Source of the DNA: the human T2T-CHM13v2.0 reference genome, Homo sapiens
DNA length: 64,000 nt
Assembly: GCF_009914755.1 (NCBI RefSeq)
Contig: NC_060928.1
Direction: 5' to 3' (one strand)
Under the pieces are notes generated by a model, which saw only the letters and a list, made by a program, of their open reading frames with translations, ran no database searches and had not been told where the DNA came from. Positions within the stretch are counted from its first letter, which is position 1. Every line of letters begins with the position of its first letter. Positions 53,295 through 64,000 of this stretch are shown in pieces. The position numbers were made by a program, and so were the translations under genes.

Positions 53295-56200
53295 TCTATT
53301 TTTATTGACAAATTAAAATTATATTTATTATGTACAACATGTTGTTTTCAAATATTTATACATTGTGAAATGGCTGAATAAAGCTATTATCATTTTTTTT
53401 TCTGGTAAGAACATCTAAAAGCTATTTTCTTTGCAATTTTAAATACCATATATTGTTATTAACCATCGTCAATATTGTACAACAGATCTTTTGAACGTAT
53501 TACTCCTATCTAATTGAAATTATGTATCCTTTGACTAACCTGCCCCAACTCTCCATGACCCACCCAGACCCTGGTAACTACCAATGTACTTCTATGAATT
53601 CAACTTTTTTATACTGCACATAAGTGCGTATAAGTGAGGTCATGTGATATTTGTCTTCTTCTTTCTGGCTTATTTCACTTAACATAACATCCTCCAAGTT
53701 CATCCATATTGCTCCAAATTACAGAATTTCCATATTTTTAAAGAAAGAATAGTATTTCATTGTGTATATTTACCACAATTTTCTTTATTCTTTCTTCTAT
53801 TGATGGATACAGGTTGATTCCATACCTCGGCTATTGTGAATAATGCAGCAATGACTATGAGAGGGCAGATATCTCTTCTACATATTGATGGCACTTCTTT
53901 TGGATTTATACCCAGTAGTGGGATTGAGGGATCATATGGTAGTTCTATTTTTAATTTTTTGAAGAACATCCACATTGTTTTCTGTACTATTGCCACCAAC
54001 AGTATGCAAAGATTCAGATTTTCTCCCCATTCTCTCTGATACTTATCCTGCATCTTATTGTTAGTAGCCATTCTAACGGGTGTGTGCTTAGATTCCACTC
54101 TGGTTGTAATTTGCATTTGTCTGTCGATTCAGGATTGTATGTGGTTTCATTTTAGATTTTAGATTTTTTTTCTATTTTTGGGAAGAATGTCATTGATATT
54201 TTCATAGAAATTGCACTGAATCGCTACATCACTGTGGGTAATACTGATATTTTAACAATAATAATCTTTTTTATTGTTCTTTTAGTCTCAAATTCATCTA
54301 TTTATTTCCTAATCTTTATTTTGTTCCTTCTAGTAATTTGGAGTTTGGTTTATTCTTGCTTTTCTAGTTATTTGAAGTGCATCATTGGGTTATTTATTTA
54401 AAATATTTCTATTTTTTTGATGGAGGAGCTCATTACTACACATTCCTCTCTTTCTACAGCTTTGCTGTATACCATAGATTTTAGTATGTTGTGTTTCTAC
54501 TTTCATTTGTTTTAAGAAAATTTTAAATTTTTTTCTTAATTTTTTCATTTACTCATTGATGTTTCAAGAGCATGTTGTTTAATTTCCATGTGTTTTTATA
54601 TTTTCTGAAGTTCCACCGGTTACTTATTTCTAGTTTTATTCCATTGTTGTCAGAAAAGATACTTGATATAATTGCAAATTTTTTAATTTGTTGAAATTTG
54701 TTTTATAGCCTAACTTATTGTCTATCCTGTAGAGTGTTCTATATGCTGATGAGAAGAATGTATATTCTGCAGCAATTGGATGAAATGTTCTATAAATGTC
54801 AGTTAGGCTCATGTGGTCCAGGGCATGGTTTAATTTCAATATTTCTTCATTGATGTGTACATTATTGAGAGTGGAGTGCTGATGTCCTCTACTATTATTA
54901 TTTTGAAGTTTATCTGTCCATTAGATCTATTAATGTTTGCTTTATATATTTTGTGCTCTGGTGTTATGTGCACATCTATTTAAAATTGTTATATCCTCCT
55001 GCTAAATTAGTCCCTTTATTTCAATATTGTGACTTTCTTTGTCTCTTTTTGCAGTCTTTGAATTGAAGTCTATTTCATCTAATATAAGTACCTATAATCC
55101 TGATTTTTTTTGTTTTACATTAGCATGGAATATCTATTTTCCATCATATCACTTTTAGTCTATGTGTGTCTTTTATAAATGAAGTGAGTCTTACTTTTAT
55201 TTTTTTAATGTTTTTATTCATTCAGCTACTCTATGCATTCTAATTGGATAATTTAATCCATTTACATTCAATGTTATTATAAATAAGTAAAGACATTGTT
55301 TGCAATTTTGTTACTTGTTTTGTGGTTGTTCTTTAACTCCTCTTTTTCCTTCTTTATTTCTTACTGTCTTTCTCTGTGGTTAAGCAATTTTTCTTTGATA
55401 AGAAGTTTTAATTTGCTGCTTATTCGTTTTAATGTATCTATTATAGGATTTTGCTTTGTGATTACCATGAAGCTTCCTCCAAAAAATCTTATAACAAGTT
55501 ATTTTAAACATGTTACAACTTAACTTTAATTGAAAGAAAATAAAGGAAAAGCTGAAACACTCCATGCTTTAATTCCTTCCCCCCCATTTTGCCTTTTTTG
55601 TCTCAATTTACATCTTTTTATATTTTTTATCTCTTTACAGGTTGCTCTTGTTATTCTTTTTTTATAGATTTGTATTTTAGTCTTCATACTAGAGTTACTC
55701 CACAATTACAGTATTAAAGTATTCTAAATTTGCCTGTGTACTTACTTTTACCATTGAGTTTTATAACTTCGAATGTTTTCTTTTTGCACATTTTCTTTCA
55801 AATTGAAGAACTTCCTGTAGCATTTCTTGTAAGACAGTTCTGGTAGTAATGAAACTCCTTAGTTTTTGTTTGTCTGGGAAACACTTTATCTCTCTTTTGT
55901 GTTTGAAGGAAAATTTGACTGAGTACACTTTTTTGGTCGATAGTTCTTTCTCTTCAGCACTTTGAACATGCTGTCTCACTCCCTTCTGTCCTGTGTGGTT
56001 TCTGCTGAGAAGTCTGTTGTCAAACAACTTGGAGTTCCTTTATGTGTTATTTGTTGCTTTTCTCTTGCTGTTTTTAGGATCCTTTCCCTGTCTTTTGACC
56101 TTTGAGAAATTGATTATTATATGTCTTATTTGGGTTGAATCTGCTTGATAATCCTTATCTTTCTTGTACCTGAATAATTATATCTTACTTTAGGTTTAGA

Positions 56201-56370
56201 AAGTTTTCTGTTATTTCTTTGAATAAACTTCTGACCTCTTGCTCTTTCTCAACTCCCCGTTGAATGCCAACGGCACTTAGGTTTGCTTTTTGGGGGTTAT
56301 TCTTTACATCTCACAGGTGTTCTTCATTCCTTTTCATGATTTTTATTTTGTCTTTTGGTTTTGTATTTTC
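53295..56370 (-). mobile_element. L1MA (MA5-7-like) with internal deletions, 3'UTR through ORF1
   Basis: Antisense 3'UTR; endonuclease-domain peptide in ORF 54636-54839 (LTDIYRTFHP...EYTFFSSA); ORF1-like peptide in 55761-56027 (FPDKQKLR.FITTR..LQEML). Confidence 0.88.
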
Positions 56371-56377
56371 AAATACG

Positions 56378-56687
56378 GCTCACAGATTGGTTCGATTGGC
56401 TATGACGTTTACAAGGCCCTCAGGGAAGGCTGGTTTCCCCACGCTTATATTATTATGCAAATGAGCTTTCCAGTGGCTCAGCGTCAACCTGTCACACGTA
56501 CATGTGTGTGACAAAAGAAGTGAAGATGGGGGCCGTCATCTTGAACACGTCTAGCCCCTAGTTCCTGCTGGCATTCACCCAGCTTGCCTGTCTATGTCTG
56601 CAGCTTGACTTAACAGGCTGCTCTTTGTTAGAAAATGAGTTGGGACTGCTTTCATTAAAAAAAAAAGCTTTATTGCTCACACACACA

Positions 56688-56727
<40 letters not shown>

Positions 56728-56796
56728 AAAACCTTACAGAGGACTCCCATGCCCTTGCTAACTGCCTAAGTAATTCCGTCTCAACTCTTATTACAT
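56378..56796 (-). mobile_element. MER50-like ERV1 LTR (partial) containing a (CA)n tract
   Basis: ttattatgcaaatg...ccagcttgcctgtctatgtctgcagc...aggctgctctttgttagaaaa...aaaaccttacagaggactccc. Confidence 0.75.
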
Positions 56797-57506
56797 TATT
56801 CTCCACATGTAGTTTACATCTTATTTAATCTCAACAACCTAGTTTTCAAGATACAGATTTTATATGCATTTTCTGTTAAACTTATGCCTAAGTATTTTAT
56901 GTTTATGTTTAAAGTCAATAATTATCCATATATATACACATATATAATGAATTATTTTGATCTAGCTTTTTTCAAAATTCTTTTTATCTTTGGATAGCCA
57001 TTTTTAAATACTGTCTTCCATTCTACCTACTACTATGAAGTGTGAAAACCCAAATAGTTGCTTTACTAGGCTCCCTTGAAGAATATCTGCTGAAATTCTT
57101 CTGGAAAAAAAGTCGATTTCTTGTTAAAAGAAATAGATACCAAGGAGAAATGGCTAGGGTTATGTTAGAAATTGCAACCTCTTTTATACTCTTGAATACG
57201 TGAATAAGAACGTGATGCTTTAGATTTTGTATCTGTTTTAATTTGAGTTCTCCAAGAAATAGAAGTCAAGACAAGATTAGACACACAAGTGGCAGCAGAT
57301 TGAGAATGAAGGAAGAGAGTGGAGTGGGGAGAAACTTCTAAACATGATGCAGATTTTACAGTTAAAAGGGAGAGAGAGAAGAAAAGAATGCATTAAGAGA
57401 ACCCAGATCATAGTGAAGTCCTGTGAATGTGTCAGTTAGGCCAATGGGGAGTTACAGCAAAAGTTTCCCATTAGAGGAAACAGGTCTTGGCACATTCCAA
57501 AACTAG

Positions 57507-57947
<441 letters not shown>

Positions 57948-58395
57948 CAAAATATTTTCTTAAAGAAAGAAAAAACTACACAGAATACCTTCATGGTCAC
58001 TAGAGTATTTTCTTTTTCAGGCTAATTTATGTTAGACACCCACATTCTCAAAATATTTACAAGCTAGGATGTTAGTTTATGAATTTGCAGATAGATATGT
58101 AAGTCTACTCCTTGAACCACACAGATTCATTTCATAACAGTTGTTTGAAAAACAGCTTTCCGTGGTTTCTATGTATCCCTTTTCCTGGGAGGAAACTTAG
58201 ATAACATTAACTAAACTTGTGGGCTAAACTGCAGTCCCCATATATACCTTAGCTCTCAGGACTACCATTGGTAATCATCTTATTCATCTTCTATCACCTG
58301 ATTTAAATTCTACTTATATTTACCACTTTGGCAGGTCTTGTAGGTTACCTGTTGGGTATGCCTAAACCTTCTTTCCTGAGGGTCTAAACCCTTGG

Positions 58396-58755
58396 TGATA
58401 TGGTTTGGCTCTGTGTCTCCACCCAAATCTCATTTCGAATTGTGATACTCATGTGTCCAGGGAGGGACCTGGTAGGATGCGAATGGATCATGGGGGTGGC
58501 TTTCCCCATGCTATTTTCCAGATAGTGAGTGGGTTCTCATGAGATCTGATGGTTTTAAAGGTGATAGTCTCCCTTGTTCCCTCTCTTGCTCCCGTGTCAA
58601 GAATTGCCTGCTTCCTCTTCACCTTCCACCATGATTGTAAGTTTCCTGAGGCCTCCCAAGACATGCAGAACTGGGAGTCAATTAAACTTCTTTCTTTTAT
58701 AAATTACCCTCTCTTAGGTAGTACCTTCATAGCAATGTGAGAACAGACTAATATA
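58396..58755 (+). mobile_element. THE1D-like solo LTR
   Basis: tgatatggtttggctctgtg...gactaatata; perfect 5-bp TSD cttgg. Confidence 0.92.
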
Positions 58756-58809
58756 CTTGGTAATCATAACCTTCTCAGTCAAGAAATTACCACACGTATC
58801 AACTCATAG

Positions 58810-59353
58810 CTATATTCAGACCAGAGCTTGCCAAGAGGCTTCCAGCATAACAAAATGCCACACAATTAGCAGCTTAAAACAACATACATGTGCTACCTCA
58901 CAGTCTTCATGGGCCAGGGTTCTCTGCATGGCTCAACTGAATGTTTTGCTCAGAGTCTCATTTGGCTTCAATTAAGGTGTCAGCTATGGCTATGCCTTTT
59001 AATTGAAAGGATCAAGAGGGGGAATGATTCACTTTAAAACTTATTCAGATTTTTAAGAGAATTTGGTTCCATGCTGTCGTAGAACTGAGACCCTCAGCTC
59101 CTAGAAGGCACCCTACCCATAGGCAGTCACCACATGACTGCTTCTTTCAGGCAGAAGGCAAATATCTCCTTTAAGGTTTTCAGCTAAATTAGGCCTTCCC
59201 CAGGATAATATCTTTTGATTCACTGATAGTCAATTGATTAGAGGCCTTAATTACTTCTGTAATATCCACTTTTGCTATATATGACATTACATCACATTCA
59301 TAGAATTATACAGGGGAAGAGCCTCAGAATAATTTTAGAATTCTGCCTGCCAT
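58810..59353 (-). mobile_element. MLT1E-like MaLR LTR
   Basis: gcataacaaaatgccacacaattagcagcttaaaacaac...gtagaactgagaccctcagctcctaga...ttttagaattctgcctgccata. Confidence 0.75.
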
Positions 59354-59800
59354 ACCTGGGTTTCACATATATTCCTCCCTGCTCCTTTGTGTAAAAGCAG
59401 TCTCCTGTATGCCAACTGGGGTCAAATACAAGGGTCAATATGGTGACTCCTCTTCTTCCTTGCTGGTTCCTAAACCCAAAATTATAAAATGTACTTGCAG
59501 TAGTTATATCCTGTTCAATGGGATTTTTCTGTGTTCCCTGGTAAAATTTTCCAGATTTAAGGACCATGACCCCTAACCCTGCAAAGCCCAGATATGCAAG
59601 GATGAGAACAAATTCTCCTATGTATAACTGAATATAATAATAAAAGAGGTCACTCCTGTTTCCAGCCGTTTCTGGATCCATGTGTTTTTTTTATTGTGAA
59701 CTCATCACTATGTGGAGATTTCTAGTTTAATGTGTATATTGAAAGCTGAAAGATGTCACCTCATCCTTATAAAATATTTTCTCCCAGTTAGCACGTTGAC
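59354..59800 (-). pseudogene. Decayed ERVL integrase C-terminus / dUTPase
   Basis: ORF 59298-59681 has RNQQGRRGVTILTLVFDPS (cf. recalled ERVL dUTPase LSQQAKKGVTVLAGVIDPD). The upstream frame reads NIL*G*GDIFQLSIYTLN*...THGS (cf. NTLQGWGKVLQKAVYALNQ...IHGS). Confidence 0.72.
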
Positions 59801-59894
59801 TGCATATCCTGAAATATTTTATAAGGATGAGGTGACATCCTTCAGGTTGCAATATGTACATTAAATTAGATGTCTTTCTAACTTAATGTACATA
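59721..59894. repeat. 59-bp-arm inverted repeat with a secondary 18-bp fold-back
   Basis: Arms 59721-59779 and 59812-59870, 6 mismatches, inner 28 bp perfect; 59877-59894 re-inverts 59853-59870. Confidence 0.95.
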
Positions 59895-60936
59895 AAATTA
59901 CATAGCCAACCTCACTTTCCTATTTTGCCTTTCCTATGTCATCTTCCAGGACAGTACAGGCATTTGCACTTCACTGAGTGTTGACTATAATTTTTCCATG
60001 CTTCTGTGAGCAGCAACCCTAGCAGCTAAGTTTTTTTGCCAGGGTGTTAAATTTAATGTCTGAGAAAGTACCCCCAGTCAATGCATTTTGTTTATCCAGT
60101 CTTATGCTTTAACACTTTGATCAAGCACCCTCAAATTGCAGTCTTGGGATACTCTTGTGACTCTTACTAGAATATTCTTATGGCTGTTTCAGGGTGTACT
60201 CTCTTTCCTGCCTTGTTAGATCCAGCAGGTCTCCAGCCAGGCTGTGCTGGGATTTAATCCTAGTTATTGACCTTGCCGTCAGGAAGGGAGATGGAAGGCA
60301 ACTCTTGAGGGGACTCCTTTGCTTTCCAGAAGAGAGGCATATGGAGAATGAGGGCCATAGGGAATGCTAGCTCTTTCAATGGAAGGGCGAGTTAATTTTC
60401 CGAGCTTGAATGTTTGGGGGAGAGGATTCTGGAAAGCCAACATGCTTAGGACATTCTCCGGTGTTTCCCATCCCATATTTCCAGACTCTACATTTTACCT
60501 GGCATTGGCAATAATAGACCTGCCTGGGCTGAGCATTTAGACATCTTGGATCAAATCTTGACTATGCTCCTCAACTGACTGTTCTTCTACTGAATGTTTT
60601 TAAGCTGGAAAACTGTCTCCTTGGCTCTCTCACTCAAGCTTTAATTCTTTTTTCATGACTCTAGCTTGCTCATTATCCATCTTCAGGTCATCAGTATAAT
60701 TTAGTAATAGCTAGCCAACCCTGTTGATGTTATAACACCATACCTCCACGTTTCTCAGAGGCCTGAATCTTCACACTGATGAGAATATCCCTATCAACTG
60801 GAACCTAGTTTTCCACTGATAATTTTCAGCAACTTAGCTGCCATTTGTGCCACACATTCCACGTGGAGTGGGATCATCCTTACCAGTGGGGTAGGGAGTG
60901 GGCTGGTCCTTAAGATCATTTTACTATCTATTTTCT

Positions 60937-61252
60937 TTTTCTTTTTCTCTCTCTTTTTTTTTTTTTTTTTTTGAGACAGGGTCTCACTCTGTCGTCCAGG
61001 CTGGAGTGCAATGGTGCTGTCTTGGCTCACTGCCACCTCTGCCTCCTGGCCTCAAGTGGTCCTCCTACCTCAGCCTCCTGATTAGCTTGGACTACAGACA
61101 TATGCCACCATACCCAGATAATTTTTGTATTATTTGTGGAGACAGGGTTTCACCATGTTTCCCAGGCTGGTCTTGAACTCAGACTCAAGACATCCACCCG
61201 CATCAGCCTCCCAAAGTGCTGGAATTACAGGCATGAGCCACTGCATCTGGCC
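60937..61252 (-). mobile_element. AluJb
   Basis: gagacagggtctcactctgtc, cctcctacctcagcctcc; degenerate TSD ttttac(tatc)tattttct. Confidence 0.9.
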
Positions 61253-62019
61253 ACTTTTACTATTTTCTGTTACATTCCTAGTGCCATCTGTGTTAGTTTG
61301 AGTGTCCCAAGGAGTTAATGCCAAGACAGAATTAGACATACATGGGATCCATCAGGGGAAATGTCTGCGACAGATCAAGGTGAAGAAAGCAAGAATGCTC
61401 AAGAAGAGACTTCTCACTATGAAATGGGTCTGACAACTACAAAAGAGAGGGGGAAGGAAGAATTAAGTAGCAAAAGCTTCAGAATGCAGTGTTATTTTAG
61501 AAGGTGTCTGACTGACAGTCTCAGGCTGATGGGGTGCACCTGTGACAAATTTTCCCATTAGAATAATCTATCACTTGGAAGGAATGGCCTGAATCTAGTA
61601 CCTCTGCGTTGCTCAGTCATGTGCTGGGAATAGCCTGAGGGAATCGTGGTCTCAATTTTCACATAATTGGGTCACCCAAGGGTACAGCAGCTGGAACTGT
61701 CAGTCAATTCTGCTCCCTGTAGCAGAATCTCTTGGATGAATTCCTCAGCAGTGCATCTCCATGGCTACCAAAGTTTTCATAGTGAGACTTAGAGATAACA
61801 GATATGCGTTCCATAAATCAACCTAGCAGCGATACTTAAGAGAAAACCTAGAAAAGCCTGAGAACTTAAAGACATTTTTTGGCTTGCTAGACTAAACACA
61901 AGACCACCTATTTCTGTATTTCTAGAAAAGTAAACAACGAATACTTCTATTTATTTAAATCACTTTAATCAATTAAGAAGGGTTTTACCTGAAAATAAGG
62001 AAAAAATGAAAAGAAGGGC

Positions 62020-62400
62020 TTAATCAGCTGTCTCATGCAACCAAAAATCTGCAGTTAAGAAAGTCAAGGTTCACAAAAGTGCTCAGAAAAATTCTTGGAG
62101 AAACCCAATAACTATCCAAGATTTGTCACCATCTTTGTTGTGTAAATTTCATTCTCAAGATTTTCCTCATTATCAAAGGAAGGCTGTGTATAATATTTCC
62201 AAGTGTTATATTCATATTTCAAGTAGACAGAAAGAGAAAGAATAAAGCAGCAAAATGCTAAGGAGCAAGCCAGCTGAGCCTACCCCTTTTTATCATCTTA
62301 TCCAGGAGCCCAGCTCACACACTCAAGTGATCCACCCGCGTCAGCATTTTGTTTGTCAGAGTTGGATCATAGTCCCCCCTAGCCACAGGAAAGTGGTTAA
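62020..62400 (-). mobile_element. Old MLT1 (J/K/L-like) LTR remnant
   Basis: gccagctgagcctacccc...tttgtcagagttggatcatagtccccctagcc. Confidence 0.45.
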
Positions 62401-62892
62401 AGTCCATTGTATATGTGATTTGTGAAAGTGAGCCAAAATTACCCGTCACTAAATTTGGGTTGGCATTTTCTGTTACAAATGTGTTAAAGTGACAAAAATA
62501 GTTATCAGTAAATTGAAAATGGAATTGGAGTAGAGGACGGGAAAATGTAAGTGCTCTGATTTCTGCAACTTCTACTGTGAGTGTTAAGTGATACTGTGTA
62601 ATGTTGATGAAGCAAAAAATACAGGAAAAAGAACATTGCTTAATTATAAAAAGATTACTAATAGAAGAAAAGAACATAATTTTCAACACTTGCAAGAAGG
62701 GAAAATAGAAAAGTTCTCACTTTTAAGATGGAAGGAGGGGATATGAGTGAGATCTTTTGCCATGATTTATAGAGATGGAAAGTCCAAGTATCTTTTAAAG
62801 GAGATAATTGAAAACGAGGATCATATTGTTGAAGAAATAGTAAAAAAAAAAAAAAAAAATTGAAGAAGAAATTATTTAAAATAGTTGCCTCT

Positions 62893-63523
62893 ATGTGTTG
62901 TCTGTGTACTCTGTTATTTCTTTTGCTCTGCAGAAACTTTTTAGTTTAAGTCGTATTAGTCTATTTTTGTTTTCATTGCATTTGCTTTTGAGGTCTTAGT
63001 CATAAATTTTTTGCTTAGTCCAATGTCCAGAAGAGTTTTTCCTAGGTTTTCTTCTAGAGTTTTTATACTTTCAGGTCTTATATTTAGGTCTTTAATCTAT
63101 CTTGAGTTAATTTTTGTATTTGGTGAGAGATAGGAGTTCAGTTTCATTCCTCTGCATATGGCAAGCCAATTTTCCCAGCATCACTCTTTGAACAGAACAT
63201 CCTTTCCCCATTGTATATTTTTGTTGAGTTTCTCAAAGATGGGTTGATTGAAGGTATTTTGCTTTATTTCTGGGTTTTCTATTCTGCTCCATTGATCTAT
63301 GTGTCTATTTTTGTACCAGTACCATGCTGTTTTGGTTACTATTGTCTTGCAATGTAGTTTCAAGTTAGGTAGTGTGAGGCTTCTGGCTTTATTCTTTTTC
63401 TGAGGATTGCTTTGTTCACTATTTAGGTGAAGGGCATACTAGAAGCCAAAATCTCACCATTACACAATATATCTGTGTAACAAAACTTCACATGTGTCCC
63501 TTGAATCTATAATAATAATTTTT
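62893..63523 (+). mobile_element. L1PB-like element with 5' inversion (ORF2 piece on minus 62893-~63413; 3' end on plus ~63414-63523)
   Basis: Minus-strand ORF2 peptide ([27 protein letters not shown]) joined to a plus-strand L1PB 3' terminus; TSD aaaa(t)agttgcctct on both sides. Confidence 0.88.
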
Positions 63524-64000
63524 AAAAAGTTGCCTCTGATAGGTGAGAGTAGGAGTGTGGTGCCAATGTGAGCAAAGAAAATACAGCTTTTAATTTTATG
63601 CTTTTCCATACTACTTTATTTTTCAAAAACAATACTCTTGTATTAGTATGACAATTTTGATCAGTGGAGAAGCAACAAAGGGTGTCATAAATAAAGAGAC
63701 CTTTTATTTTATCTTTCATCAGCCCCGTAAAGTTATTTCACTCTCCTTTTCTTGTGGCATTAAATAGACAATCAAACACACTTGACCTTAATTCACTGAC
63801 AAGAGCATTTCTGAATTATTTAATACTAAATGGCCTTGTAGCTTGTGATTAGATGGAAATGTATTAAGCATTTTTTTCCTTTGTAATTTATTTTAAAATC
63901 TATAGCTTCTTGGATTAGGACACAGGAACATTTTAGATTAATATATCTGTAACCTTTGCATTGATTGCTGTAATTAACCATGAATTGGTAATTCTAGAAA

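Overview
AT-rich, gene-poor primate (most likely human or great-ape) non-coding DNA, either intergenic or deep intronic. I find no credible protein-coding gene, RNA gene, CRISPR array or prokaryote-type system. The ORFs in the track come from repeats (Alu, L1, LTR, microsatellite) or are short chance ORFs. The window is a layered transposon fossil record: ten Alus (J, S, Y), several L1s including two with twin-priming inversions, L2/MIR, DNA-transposon MITEs (MER58A, MER96B-like, MADE1), MaLRs (full-length MSTA, THE1D with internal sequence, solo THE1 and MLT1) and ERV1 solo LTRs (two LTR1-family, MER4A1, MER57/LTR54-like, MER50). There is also an ancient two-LTR ERVL-class (LTR16C-like) provirus at about 57.2-61.8 kb with decayed integrase/dUTPase. 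The most unusual structures are a ~150-bp inverted duplication coupled to a direct duplication at 5.98-6.71 kb, a serial fold-back hairpin in the ERVL integrase remnant at 59.72-59.89 kb, and a CpG-retaining, RUNX/RBPJ-motif spacer between two independent LTR1 insertions. Several repeat-free, homeodomain-motif-dense blocks look like conserved developmental enhancers. Repeat subfamily names come from recalled consensus sequences, not from a search. Boundaries without a stated target-site duplication (TSD) are approximate.
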